From a virus (Duplodnaviria; Caudoviricetes), in the IMG/VR virus record IMGVR_UViG_3300030060_004810, positions 1-57,767 of that record: a stretch of DNA of 57,767 bases; one strand, written 5' to 3'. A model generated the notes under the pieces. The model searched no databases, was not told where the DNA came from, and saw only the letters and a list, made by a program, of their open reading frames with translations. The position numbers and the translations under genes were made by a program. Below, one piece after another: positions 1-10,235 of this stretch; position 1 is the stretch's first letter; each line of letters starts with the position of its first letter.

Positions 1-98
1 TTCCTTCTTCACTGCTTTTGATGCACTCATGATTTGCTCCTTGCAATCTTGGCCCGTTGGCCTGTGTACGCGCCGAAAAGGTCCATGGGGAAAGAGTC
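1..98. repeat. Terminal direct repeat (circular assembly overlap), copy 1
   Basis: Bases 1-98 are identical to 57669-57766. Genes 27..602 and 56919..57698 join across it with an ATGA overlap. Confidence 0.95.
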
Positions 99-602
99 CC
101 CATTTTCCACCCGCTCTTTGACCCACGCTTTCAGCGTTTGCGCGTGGACCTCGGTTTTTTGCTCTGGGATGTAACCCATTCGCTGTGCCGCCTCCATGAA
201 GTCCACGGCCTGTTGGTCTTCGCCGCGGGCAAAGTTACAACTGACTGTGTTCTTGATGATGTCCCCGTAATCGTTATCTCGGAGCCATTGGAAGGCGTTT
301 TCACGGTCGGCCACTTTGATGTGGGCACCATAGGTCGCCTGTACGGTCACTTTGGAACCATCGTCGAGTTCGATGGCATTGAGGCCGAGTTCTGCCAGCA
401 TGGCTGGTAGGTCCTCGTCGGTCAGCTTCAGGAGGTCACGTTTGGCCTCTTTTAGCTTGTCATCAAGTTGTGACACCAGATCTTCTTGATTACGGATTGC
501 CCGTGCGATCTCAGCTACACTACTCAAGCCAGTATTGTCCATCTTCTCGATGGCGGAAGCCGTGACTTGGTCGGCTTCCATATCTAAGAGCATCTCGCTC
601 AT
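27..602 (-). CDS. Conserved phage replication-module protein (hypothetical, 191 aa)
   Basis: Start moved to MSEMLL, which follows AAAGGAGA at 607-614. Coiled-coil N-terminus. First gene of the replication operon. Confidence 0.8.
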   Translation of the reverse strand: MSEMLLDMEADQVTASAIEKMDNTGLSSVAEIARAIRNQEDLVSQLDDKLKEAKRDLLKLTDEDLPAMLAELGLNAIELDDGSKVTVQATYGAHIKVADRENAFQWLRDNDYGDIIKNTVSCNFARGEDQQAVDFMEAAQRMGYIPEQKTEVHAQTLKAWVKERVENGDSFPMDLFGAYTGQRAKIARSKS

Positions 603-639
603 TGCATCTCCTTTCGTGGTTAGGCCCTTTTTTGAGGGC

Positions 640-677
640 TGGACAGCCAGCGTACCATCGCATATTATTGCAGTCAA
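640..677. promoter_or_regulatory. Overlapping divergent sigma70-like promoters
   Basis: Plus strand: TGGACA(640-645)-17-TATTAT(663-668). Minus strand: TTGACT(677-672)-17-TACGCT(654-649). A TATGCGAT box lies at the centre. Confidence 0.7.
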
Positions 678-693
678 CACGCAGAGGGCCTAT

Positions 694-2145
694 ATGTACA
701 CTTTCGCGACACAACCTTACGAACATCAACAACAAGTCTTTAATGATTCGTGGCAACGGCCTTACTTTGGGCTTTTTATGGAGATGGGCACAGGAAAGTC
801 CAAGGTCGCCATTGACACGATGGGCGCGCTGTATGAGGCGAAGGAGATTAACACAGCTTTAGTCATTGCGCCCAAAGGTGTCTTTGATAACTGGGTGAAG
901 AAAGAAATACCCGCGCATTTGCCCGAGCGTATCCAGACAAAAATCGTCAAGTGGCAACCCAACTTCACTAAAAAGTTCCGTGAGGCAATACGCGAGATAG
1001 CTGACCCAGAGAAGCGTGAGCCGGGGTTCCTGCACATTCTGGTAATGAACACAGAAGCGTTCAGCACTCCCAAGGGTGCAACAGCCGCGGAACGGTTTGT
1101 GAAGCTTAACCCCAACTGCATCACGATTCTGGATGAAAGCACGACGATCAAGAACAAGGGTGCCCAGCGGACGAAGAACCTGATCAAGATAGGTCAGGCG
1201 TCCAAGTATCGACGCATCCTGACAGGCTCGCCCATCACTAAAAGCCCCATGGATTTGTTCAGCCAATGTGCGTTTCTGGAGCAAGAGGCGTTGGGCTTCA
1301 ACAGCTTCTATGGCTTTCAGGGCCGGTATGCGGTAGTTCAGCGCAGGAACATGGGGCCGCATAGTTTTAACGAGATTGTCGGATATCGTCGCTTAGATGA
1401 GCTTGGCGAGAAGCTGGACCGGTTTAGTAGCAGGGTGCTGAAAGAAGAGTGCCTTGATCTACCGGACAAGGTATACCTGCGGCGCGAGGTCAATCTAAGC
1501 AAAGAGCAGGTGGTGGTGTACAAGCAGATGCAAGATTTGGCGCTGGCACGGCTGGAAAAAGGCGAGTTGGCTACCACAGCCTCTGTCCTGACACAGATCA
1601 TGCGGCTACAGCAAATCTGTTGCGGTCACCTGCAACCAGACGAAGGACCGCTACAACCTATAAAAAACAATAGGTTACCGGAACTTCTTGATGTAGTTGA
1701 AGAAGTACAAGGCAAGGCAATTATCTGGGCGACTTGGACTCACGACATCCACGCCATCGAAGAGGCGTTGGCCAAGAAATATGGTCCGGGGTCCGTGGCC
1801 AGTTATTTCGGAGAGACGGCGCAGGAAGACCGGCAGGACATTATTGAACGCTTTCAAGACCCGGATTCGGAGCTACGGTTCTTTGTAGGTCAGCCCCGCA
1901 CCGGAGGCTACGGCATTACCCTGACAGAAGCGAACACCGTCATCTACTTCAGCAACAGCTACGATCTGGAGATTCGGTTGCAGTCCGAGGACCGCGCCCA
2001 CCGTATCGGCCAGAAAGACACGGTAACCTATGTTGATCTGGTGAGTCCGGGCACTATAGACGAAAAGATCCTGTCCGCGTTACGGGACAAGATCAATATC
2101 GCTGGTGATGTACTGGGCGAAAGCGCCAAGGATTGGCTGATTTAA
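694..2145 (+). CDS. SNF2-family (SF2) helicase/ATPase
   Basis: MEMGTGKS Walker A, ILDES Walker B, LTGSP, GGYGITLT and QSEDRAHRIGQ motifs. Start taken at MYTF, downstream of the promoter. Only plus-strand gene. Confidence 0.92.
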   Translation: MYTFATQPYEHQQQVFNDSWQRPYFGLFMEMGTGKSKVAIDTMGALYEAKEINTALVIAPKGVFDNWVKKEIPAHLPERIQTKIVKWQPNFTKKFREAIREIADPEKREPGFLHILVMNTEAFSTPKGATAAERFVKLNPNCITILDESTTIKNKGAQRTKNLIKIGQASKYRRILTGSPITKSPMDLFSQCAFLEQEALGFNSFYGFQGRYAVVQRRNMGPHSFNEIVGYRRLDELGEKLDRFSSRVLKEECLDLPDKVYLRREVNLSKEQVVVYKQMQDLALARLEKGELATTASVLTQIMRLQQICCGHLQPDEGPLQPIKNNRLPELLDVVEEVQGKAIIWATWTHDIHAIEEALAKKYGPGSVASYFGETAQEDRQDIIERFQDPDSELRFFVGQPRTGGYGITLTEANTVIYFSNSYDLEIRLQSEDRAHRIGQKDTVTYVDLVSPGTIDEKILSALRDKINIAGDVLGESAKDWLI

Positions 2146-5100
2146 ACAGGCTTATCTCGCATCATCATTTCAGCGGCAAGCATTCCTATGTCGTCTTGAG
2201 GACCTAAGACTCTTGCGGCCCGCTGAATGGACTGCGGTGTTGCTCTTGCCGCCACTGGCGGTGGTGTGGGCGGTGGTGTGGGCGCTTGTGCGACAGGAGG
2301 TGGTGTAACTTCTTCTCTTTCGGCCCGCATCTCATCACCAAAGAAATAACGTAGGGCTAACTTACCGCCCTCAAATTCCACGATCGCACGGGCTATGTCG
2401 CGAACTAAAAATTCGGGCACTTTCCTGTTTCTGGGTACACCCGTCCTCTGCTCCATGAACCGGATGTAACCTTCTGTGTCATTTTCTGACGGAGGTGCAT
2501 ACTTGGTTATGAACTCACCCAAGGTCAGACCTCGCGTTTGCGTATCGAGGACAATCTGACGGGTCAAAGCGTTCAGACCCTGACCGGGGGTAGAGAAGGA
2601 TGCAAAGCCCTCTAAGCCTTCTTCCGCTCCGGGCTGTCCCGCCATTCTTAGATTGCCGGGGTTGTTATTCTTAATTGACAACGGTGCATCTAACTGCTGA
2701 TCTATGGTCAGGGCACCTAGTTGCTGTGCAGGAACTCTTCCCGTACCAGCAAGCTGTCCTTCCATCCTTTCAAAATCGCGGCGAGTGTCTAGCGGGATGC
2801 CCCGAGGTTCAGGTGCAGACAAATTAGTTGGGCGCTGTGCAACACGGGCCATGACCGGGTCTGGCGCAGGCTGTGCGGTAGGGCGCATCGCCTCCATTTG
2901 TGCCGCCGCCAACTCAGATTCTAAGTTAGGTTCCGCTTGTGGCGCAGGCTGTGGTATAGGCTGTGGTGTAGGCTGTGGTGTAGGCTGTGGTGTAGGCTGT
3001 GGCGCAGGTTCCGGTGCGGCTTGTGGCGCAGGTTCCGGTGCGGCTTGCGGCGCAGGCTGTGACGCGGCGGGAACCAATGCTTCTCCCGTTTCGGTTCGTT
3101 CTGCTTGTTCAATGCCACTACGAACACCTGAAGAATAAAAAATCGCCGGAAGTGACCTAAAATATTCAATCGCCTTCTTTTCTGTTTTAGGTGATTTTGC
3201 CAGCAAAAACCTCATTAAATCTGGTTCCGTCATTGCTCGAATGTAAATGTCCTGCACTTTCATAGCAGGGGCATTTAAACCAAGCTCTGCGGTAGCGTTT
3301 GACGTAGTTTGTGCTACAGACATAGAAGCACCCGGAACATTTCCGATTATGCCTTTGAGCCTATTTAAAATTACGTTTCCGCCAACAGCGCCTAGTCCAC
3401 GAATAAGGATGTTTGACAACAGCGCGGCTTTGTCTTGTAACCTTTCTACAGACTGTGGACCGTAATTACGCATGACTTGAGCAATATCGGCAGATTGATT
3501 AATCAATGTTTGGTAATCTTCAAATGCCGCTTGCGTGATAATTCCATTTTTTTGTAACAACTCGGCAACAGAGTCGCCGTCCCGACCATCTAATGGATCA
3601 AATAAATATTGTCGAAATTTCTGAAAATCAAGATCTCTGCTAGGGTTTCGTCCTCCAGCATAAGTATAAGCAGAGTCTAATATTGCATACACCAAAGCTT
3701 TGTTAGTTTTTTCCCTGAGTTCGGCGGCGTCCTTGATGCCAAGTTCCGTCAGTATCTGAGCGAAGACGCCACCATCATCTGCTGGAGGGCCAGACACCGC
3801 GGACCTAATTTCGTCCATCAGTTGTTGAAAATTTTGAGGAGAGTTTACTCTAGGTTCTTGCGGCGTACCCAAAATGTCTCTGATTCGTTTTCCCGGATTG
3901 TCAAAAACACCGCGGAATCTTGATAGCAATTTTTGATCTTGTAAATCCGTCTCAATTCTCTGTTGTTCTGCGATCAAAGCTTCAAAGTCAAGCCGACCGC
4001 TCATCGCTCTTTTTAAGTCTTGAAACACATCTGGAAATATCGGCCCCAAAGCTTCTTCGTTTTTTTCTATAAATGTTTGCGCTCTTTTAGGATCAACCGT
4101 GTTAAATGTAGGTGACTCAGGGTTACGATCTAAAGTGGACCTGAAAAATATTTTAAGGAAATCGTTTTTACCGGCTTGGTATGTTCCTAGACGAGCGATT
4201 CCCGATTCAGAAAAACGGGCAATTTCATCTTCCGTTAAACTTCCACGCACGGCATCAAAACCACCCGTGTCTATCCAATTAATGGCGTCTTCAATCTCAT
4301 TAAATCTTACAGAAACCTCATCGGCGCTTCCCGCAAACAATTTTTGGAAAGCAAGCTTTGGATTAATACGTAAACGACCTTTTGGGTCTTTTTGCCGTAA
4401 ATCACCGATAAATGTACGAGTGAAAACATCATGCTTTGCTACGTTAAAAGCATTAGCTTTTCGCAATAAAATTAATCCCGCTTGAACGCCTTCTCGACCT
4501 TGCTCCTCTAAGCTTTGTAAAAGAGCCTCAAAAGATTGATACCCTTCCGGACCTCCATCAAGTAAAGAGCTACCGCCAGATAAAGCTTCTAAATCACGAA
4601 TGATGCCATCTTCTACCACGCTCATGTGGTAACTCTCAGCGGCGCGATTTTGATTTACGTTGGACCTGTTTGCTCGGCTTAGGCGTCTTCTATAATCCAG
4701 AAAATTAGCTAAAGACAAACCTGTTGCGTCTTGGCCCGTGAGTCGTGCGCGAGCATCCGCAACCCGAAGGCCAATCGCATCAAACTCTCCCTGCGCTGTA
4801 GCCGCGGCGATTAATCTACGGATATACGCGGCCTCACCTTTTACGTCCCGTGTTTGCGTTGTGCTAGGACGAGTCACTTCGCCCAACTCGTCCCTTAATA
4901 TTGTAATTTGTTCTTGTGGAGGAAGACCTTCTATACGAGTTAAAAGGGGCTGTAATCCGTCTTCTACTCGAGGCGGAAGAGTATTCAAGTATGATCTAGC
5001 CTCTCTTCGGAGCCCTTCTAAAGTCTTGAAGGCGTCATCTTCGATACCGCGAAGTCGGTTCAAATTAGCTTCCAAGTTAGAAGCGTCCGGACTAATTTCT

Positions 5101-6827
5101 TTAAGTATTTCAGAGACGATAGGGGGTAATGACGTTACGCCGTCATCTTGAAGCTGTCTAATAGCTTCCAAAGTAAAAGTTGGCTGAATGTCTTGGCCCG
5201 CTAATCGCTCCTTTGCGCGGTCATATAGCATATCTGTGGCTTCGGTTACGTCGTCCAAAGCCTCATTAACGTAAGTAATCATTAATTCGCTTTGAGTTTT
5301 TTTACGCCTCGGTGTTTGAACTTTTTCAGATTGCGTAATCGCCGCCTCTTTTGCGGATTCTAATCGGTGAAGAATGGCGGTAGAAAAAATAGCCTCTTGT
5401 ATTTGCGCGGCTTCTGCCAATGCTCTTGGATCGCCTTGAGCTTGAACCAACAATTCGTCTAATAGACGAGCCGAAAACAATTTAAAGTCTTCATAAAGCT
5501 GGTTAGAAAGCTCCCCGTAACTGCCCGTTCCTTGGTTTGTTTTTCGCAAGCCTCTGTCAAGAGCCTCAAGGCCAATTAAAGGGTTTATCTCTTTTGTGGT
5601 GCCCTCTGCCGTTGCAACTTGTTTTCTTGCGCCAGCGGTTCTCTGAGCAAGTGTTAAGGGAGGAACAATTAATTGCTGACGGCCTTCAGGTAATTGAGCG
5701 TTTACCCGTGCCACTAAATCTTCTAAAGGAGAATTTTCTAATACTTTGTCAAGATCGGCTAAAAAAGTTTCTCTATCAAATTCAACGTCAGCATATTTGG
5801 CATCAAGAGCTTCCAATGACGCTACAAGTTGTCTGCTGGCGGAGTCTTCTCGGCCTGTCTTTGAGAAAATGTTTCTAAGAGTTCGTAACAAAGTACCTAC
5901 GGTTTTGTCGCCTACAAAAGTAAGAATTCTTTGTGTAGGGATGGCACTAACGCCAACTTCGGCGGCAACGCGAGTAAGAGGATTGTAAGGGTCCGCCGTT
6001 TCAGCAAGATATGCTCCTCCCGCCGGTGCGGCAGATAAAAGGCCCGCTTTCGCAATAGCCCCCGCAGTTTCGGCCTTTGTAGTAGGGGCGGCAAAAGGCC
6101 TTGCTATTGATTCAGCAAGGCGTTCAGTTCCACGAACGACCCTTTGGCCAAGCCGACTAAAGCTACGCTTTAGTCCGGGAGCCATGTTTTCAATGTTACG
6201 CGCCATAAAATCCGAGCCAAGATCAACAACGCCTTGTTTAACAAGCGCCCCTGCCGTTATTAAAGACAAGGTCGTCCCTGCGCCGGTTCTTATCGCCTCT
6301 ATTCCTGCTCTTTGCGACGGCAAAGGCTCAGATGGATAAATACCTTCGTAACCAGTAAGTCCAGTGGGGTCGCCACGAAGAAATATTTCTCCGGGAGTGT
6401 AGGCCGCAGTACCAAGGCCTACGGCCCCAAGACCGGCTCCCCCTAATTTTACGGGGATTGGGCCGGGGGTTCTTTTAAAACCTGCTACGGCACCTTTGAT
6501 GATACCGGCCCCAGTGGGCGCATCTACATAGAGCGCCTGCGCCAAGGCGCGTTGTGTGGGTTCCGCTTCGCGGGCATATGCCCCATCACTTAACTTTTCA
6601 AGCAGTATTTCGTCTGCAAAAAGGGCCAAATCTCCGTCAAGAATGTTTTGCTCAGAAAGGCCGCCTTGAAGCAACTCGTTTTTGCGAAATTCAGTCAAGT
6701 CCCTAAATGCCGCGTCATAATCAAAGTTTTTACGCTTGGCTAATTCTTTGTTAATGACGCCTAAAGGCACTTGGTCCCGCAACGCCTCTCCGATATCAAA
6801 CACCTGCATGGGCTGTGGATCTGCCAT
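2142..6827 (-). CDS. Large internal virion/ejection protein with C-terminal lysozyme-like domain
   Basis: 1561 aa and predicted largely helical. A Pro/Gln linker precedes the NNNPGNLR...ITKYAPPSENDT motif typical of virion lytic domains. Last gene of the structural operon. Confidence 0.7.
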   Translation of the reverse strand: MADPQPMQVFDIGEALRDQVPLGVINKELAKRKNFDYDAAFRDLTEFRKNELLQGGLSEQNILDGDLALFADEILLEKLSDGAYAREAEPTQRALAQALYVDAPTGAGIIKGAVAGFKRTPGPIPVKLGGAGLGAVGLGTAAYTPGEIFLRGDPTGLTGYEGIYPSEPLPSQRAGIEAIRTGAGTTLSLITAGALVKQGVVDLGSDFMARNIENMAPGLKRSFSRLGQRVVRGTERLAESIARPFAAPTTKAETAGAIAKAGLLSAAPAGGAYLAETADPYNPLTRVAAEVGVSAIPTQRILTFVGDKTVGTLLRTLRNIFSKTGREDSASRQLVASLEALDAKYADVEFDRETFLADLDKVLENSPLEDLVARVNAQLPEGRQQLIVPPLTLAQRTAGARKQVATAEGTTKEINPLIGLEALDRGLRKTNQGTGSYGELSNQLYEDFKLFSARLLDELLVQAQGDPRALAEAAQIQEAIFSTAILHRLESAKEAAITQSEKVQTPRRKKTQSELMITYVNEALDDVTEATDMLYDRAKERLAGQDIQPTFTLEAIRQLQDDGVTSLPPIVSEILKEISPDASNLEANLNRLRGIEDDAFKTLEGLRREARSYLNTLPPRVEDGLQPLLTRIEGLPPQEQITILRDELGEVTRPSTTQTRDVKGEAAYIRRLIAAATAQGEFDAIGLRVADARARLTGQDATGLSLANFLDYRRRLSRANRSNVNQNRAAESYHMSVVEDGIIRDLEALSGGSSLLDGGPEGYQSFEALLQSLEEQGREGVQAGLILLRKANAFNVAKHDVFTRTFIGDLRQKDPKGRLRINPKLAFQKLFAGSADEVSVRFNEIEDAINWIDTGGFDAVRGSLTEDEIARFSESGIARLGTYQAGKNDFLKIFFRSTLDRNPESPTFNTVDPKRAQTFIEKNEEALGPIFPDVFQDLKRAMSGRLDFEALIAEQQRIETDLQDQKLLSRFRGVFDNPGKRIRDILGTPQEPRVNSPQNFQQLMDEIRSAVSGPPADDGGVFAQILTELGIKDAAELREKTNKALVYAILDSAYTYAGGRNPSRDLDFQKFRQYLFDPLDGRDGDSVAELLQKNGIITQAAFEDYQTLINQSADIAQVMRNYGPQSVERLQDKAALLSNILIRGLGAVGGNVILNRLKGIIGNVPGASMSVAQTTSNATAELGLNAPAMKVQDIYIRAMTEPDLMRFLLAKSPKTEKKAIEYFRSLPAIFYSSGVRSGIEQAERTETGEALVPAASQPAPQAAPEPAPQAAPEPAPQPTPQPTPQPTPQPIPQPAPQAEPNLESELAAAQMEAMRPTAQPAPDPVMARVAQRPTNLSAPEPRGIPLDTRRDFERMEGQLAGTGRVPAQQLGALTIDQQLDAPLSIKNNNPGNLRMAGQPGAEEGLEGFASFSTPGQGLNALTRQIVLDTQTRGLTLGEFITKYAPPSENDTEGYIRFMEQRTGVPRNRKVPEFLVRDIARAIVEFEGGKLALRYFFGDEMRAEREEVTPPPVAQAPTPPPTPPPVAARATPQSIQRAARVLGPQDDIGMLAAEMMMRDKPV
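2935..3062. repeat. 12-bp/24-bp coding tandem repeats (PQPT/PQAAPEPA linker)
   Basis: Tandem copies of aggctgtggtgt and ggcgcaggttccggtgcggcttg are visible and in frame. Confidence 0.85.
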
Positions 6828-6829
6828 AA

Positions 6830-9004
6830 TTAGCTCTCTCCGCCGGGGGTTCGGGAATAAAAATATTTATCAAGATCCGGTAAAGATGAAATTGGAGGCG
6901 GTTGCGTAATTGCCGTCCCCGGTAAATCTTGGGTTAACGGCAAGTCACCTAGATATTCCTCTAAGTTTTCCTTAGTTATAAGTGCGCTGGGTATGTCTCT
7001 TCCACCGGGTCCGGATTTGTAGTTAACAGCCAACGCATTTAACAACTCTCTAAGGTTGTATGCTTGCATCAACCTATATCTAAATCGTCCTAAATCACTG
7101 GGCTTCTGTAACTGCGCGTCTTTAATAAGTATTCGCAGTTGCTCTAAATCAGTGTTTATCAAATCCCTATAATTTTGTAATGCGCCTTGTGCCGAGGCAT
7201 CTGTTTCAAACATAGAAGCTTTTGGGAGTTGCTCTTTAAGGTTTTCATATTGTTGCTGAAGCAGACGGCTTTCATTTGGTGCCCCCGCTACATAACGGTC
7301 TACCGATTGCAAAACTGAATCCATTATTCGTCGTGCTTGATCAACGTCGCTTATGCCGTCACCCACAAAATCCCTGACAGAAGAGCCAAAAACATCCCCC
7401 AGTTGTTGAGCGCCCGCTTCTACAAAATTCAAAAGCCCGGAGGGTAAGCCGGTTGCCGATTCCATGTCTAAACCAGCAATTGTAGCTATGCGAGCATCTA
7501 CGTATTTGTACAATTCAGACGGATCTTTCTGTCTATTTGCAATGTCGCTTGCTAACTGCTCATACTCTTTATTAAAAGTAGCAATTTGATCTGCGGATTC
7601 CTCTTGGAAGTTTCTTAATGCAACCTCATCATTTATCAGTCTGACAAAAGGCTGTAAGTGAACAGGCACGGTGTTGAGCGCCCGACCTGTCTGCGGGTCA
7701 AATTCTTGTATTTGAGCCAAATCGTTTAGAGCGGTCAAAGAGGCCTCAGATCTGTCTCCCTGTATGCCTTTTACCAAATGCACCAAGTTATCTGGCCTAC
7801 TAAGCCGGTTTAACGCTTGTCCTGTTACACCACTGCCGTATCTACTACTTTCTTCAGGCTCAACAACTAATGCGCCTTTGTTATCAATAGCATCTCGATA
7901 TTCAGCGAACTGAGTTCTCAGATCAAGGGTTTTAGGTGTTCCGTCAGGAAACCTAACAGTTACTTCATCTACCGCAGTTTGTGGCCCAAGCAAAGCATCC
8001 AGTGTGGCTATGCTTCTTTTTAAATCAAGAGTTTGTTGCGCTCCGGCTTGGCTAATACCCGCCTGAAGCGCACCTAAACGCAGTTGTTGATCTTGCGCTC
8101 GCAATGCATCTCTACGGTCTTGGGACTGTGCCGCAATAGCTGAAATTTCTGCGGCGGTGGGCTCAAATGCAGAGCCTATTTGCGATACAAGTGAGCCGCT
8201 TGTGCCACGGTCACCTGCCGCTAATCTGAGGCCACCACGCGCTAGAGAAAGTAAAACTTGCGCTTCATCCATCTCCTTGCGTTCTTGTTCTTGTTGCGCC
8301 CGATCTTCTAGACCAATTTGTCTAAAAAGAGGCAACAAAGACTCATATTGAGTTTCAACCTCTGTGCCAAAATTAAAGTCACCGCTAAGAAGTTTTGCAA
8401 TCTCGGAACTACGTAATTGTCTAAAAGAGTCTGACGGTGCCGTGGCTGTAGGAGTACTAGCGTCCTGCAAAAAAGCTACTTCACCGCCTTGTCTAAAATT
8501 TTGTGGAGCAGGGGCCTCCGGTGCCCCTGCCATCATCAAGCTTCCTACCCCCTGACCCATGTCAGTTGGTTGCCCACCCTCCGTTATCATGTCGATGTCG
8601 CCGGTAAGTTGTTGCATCAGGTTGCCAATCCCGCTGTTCATGGCACCCTCTTCCGTCATCATGATGACCGGCTGAACCATGGCCAGTACAGACTCTGGCG
8701 TCTGGTCCGCGTCCCCTTGTCCGACATAATCGGCCAGTTCATCACGGCGGGCGTCCAGTGGCATCTCATTGCCTCTGAACGCGTTAATTAATTCTTCGGT
8801 GGACTGCGCGGCGTCAATGCCCTGCATCATTTGCTCGGCATATGCCTTGCCCAACTCTTGCCCTTGTGCCGCAGATGCCTGCTCCACCTGTTGCAACATA
8901 GCCGCCTCTGGCGGCAACTGCTGTGCGGGAGAAGCCATATCCTGCGGCATGGGCTGTGCAGGACCGCCCATCTGCCGAAATAATGGTCTGTTATATACAC
9001 TCAT
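6830..9004 (-). CDS. Putative internal virion (ejection) protein
   Basis: 724-aa ORF, Gln/Ala/Met-rich N-terminus, located among internal-protein genes. Confidence 0.65.
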   Translation of the reverse strand: MSVYNRPLFRQMGGPAQPMPQDMASPAQQLPPEAAMLQQVEQASAAQGQELGKAYAEQMMQGIDAAQSTEELINAFRGNEMPLDARRDELADYVGQGDADQTPESVLAMVQPVIMMTEEGAMNSGIGNLMQQLTGDIDMITEGGQPTDMGQGVGSLMMAGAPEAPAPQNFRQGGEVAFLQDASTPTATAPSDSFRQLRSSEIAKLLSGDFNFGTEVETQYESLLPLFRQIGLEDRAQQEQERKEMDEAQVLLSLARGGLRLAAGDRGTSGSLVSQIGSAFEPTAAEISAIAAQSQDRRDALRAQDQQLRLGALQAGISQAGAQQTLDLKRSIATLDALLGPQTAVDEVTVRFPDGTPKTLDLRTQFAEYRDAIDNKGALVVEPEESSRYGSGVTGQALNRLSRPDNLVHLVKGIQGDRSEASLTALNDLAQIQEFDPQTGRALNTVPVHLQPFVRLINDEVALRNFQEESADQIATFNKEYEQLASDIANRQKDPSELYKYVDARIATIAGLDMESATGLPSGLLNFVEAGAQQLGDVFGSSVRDFVGDGISDVDQARRIMDSVLQSVDRYVAGAPNESRLLQQQYENLKEQLPKASMFETDASAQGALQNYRDLINTDLEQLRILIKDAQLQKPSDLGRFRYRLMQAYNLRELLNALAVNYKSGPGGRDIPSALITKENLEEYLGDLPLTQDLPGTAITQPPPISSLPDLDKYFYSRTPGGES

Positions 9005-9016
9005 AGTTTTTAAGCC

Positions 9017-10234
9017 CTAACTATCAAAGAGTCCTATTTTCTTGGCACCAGCGGCGGCGCTCAACCCAGCGATACCCAGACCCGCAACCTGCTGGAACAT
9101 AGAGGGGTCTTGTGTCTGAGACATTTGTGTTACTTGTTGCGAGGACGGTGTGCCTTTGTACACGTCACTCAAGAAAGCATACTGTTGATAGGGGAACTGT
9201 TGCAGTTGCAGGTTGCTCTGCCGTTGTGCGTCCAATATGGCTTGTTGCAGAGCCTGATCCCGCGCACCAAGAGCTTCCAGAGTCTTAACATCTCCAAGGT
9301 TTAGCTGTTGTTGCAACTGACCCAGACCAGCCTGCTGAAGGCCCCTGTTAGCCAACTCATTACTCAACTGACCGCCTGTCTGGGCCAATGTGCCAAAGCC
9401 TTGACCCATCTGGGCACTAGCTTGCCCCAGTGACGCAAGCTGACCAACGTCTGCCTGACCCAGTTGACCAAACTGAAGGCCCAAGTTACCCACCTGCTGG
9501 GCTTGTTGCAAACGTCTGGCCTGTGCGGCTTCAAAGGATCTCGATGCGTCTTGGCTCGCCTGCTGGAACCCAGCCAAACGAAGTTGTGCCGCGGTCCGTG
9601 CTTTCTGTTCCTCTAACGCACGGTTTAATTCACCCTCGGCCACGGCTTGTCGGGAGCCACCAAAGGCCCCCGTAGCGGCGGCTTGAGCGCCTAATTGTTG
9701 TCGTTGTTGCTGACTACCGCGATCAATGTCGGCCAAGGCTTGCTGAACCACTTGATCTTCAAACGGGTTCATAAACGCGCCAATGCCGCGTGGGTCAAAG
9801 GCCGCGTCGGTCCCAATCAGAGCGTCTGTAGCGGCTTGCTGGTACGCAAACGGCTGTGCCCTTTGTGCCGCCGCAAGCTGTGCGGCCTGTGACAGGGCCT
9901 GTTGCCCCTCACGGGTAGCGCCTAGACCTTCACTAAGACCGCCAAAACCATATGTTTCTGCGTAATCTTCGCTCCTTCGCAACGCATCCAGTGTGTTGTC
10001 TACGAAAGGCTGGAAAGCCCCTACGCCCTGTGCCGCACGGGCCGCGGCTTGTTGCTGTAAAGGCGTTAGACCTGCTACCTGAAAGGAGGGTGGTAAAACG
10101 GGTGGCGGGGCTTCTTGGCCTACCGCAAATAGGTTTTGATCTACAAAGTTTCGGACAGCGTTTAAAAGTTCGAGGCGTTTTGCCTCAATCGCAGGATCTT
10201 CCTGAATAATCTGACGAGTAGTTTCAGTAGCCAC
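9017..10234 (-). CDS. Putative internal virion/DNA-transfer protein
   Basis: GTG start after GAGGGG. Very Gln/Ala/Gly-rich, with a GAFGGSRQ motif and hydrophobic C-terminus typical of podovirus ejection proteins. Confidence 0.65.
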   Translation of the reverse strand: MATETTRQIIQEDPAIEAKRLELLNAVRNFVDQNLFAVGQEAPPPVLPPSFQVAGLTPLQQQAAARAAQGVGAFQPFVDNTLDALRRSEDYAETYGFGGLSEGLGATREGQQALSQAAQLAAAQRAQPFAYQQAATDALIGTDAAFDPRGIGAFMNPFEDQVVQQALADIDRGSQQQRQQLGAQAAATGAFGGSRQAVAEGELNRALEEQKARTAAQLRLAGFQQASQDASRSFEAAQARRLQQAQQVGNLGLQFGQLGQADVGQLASLGQASAQMGQGFGTLAQTGGQLSNELANRGLQQAGLGQLQQQLNLGDVKTLEALGARDQALQQAILDAQRQSNLQLQQFPYQQYAFLSDVYKGTPSSQQVTQMSQTQDPSMFQQVAGLGIAGLSAAAGAKKIGLFDS

Positions 10235-10235
10235 G

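Noticed and set aside
1-98. Terminal repeat as the biological terminal redundancy
   Set aside because: It cuts through a coupled gene pair and has k-mer-like length, so an assembler circular overlap is the simpler explanation.
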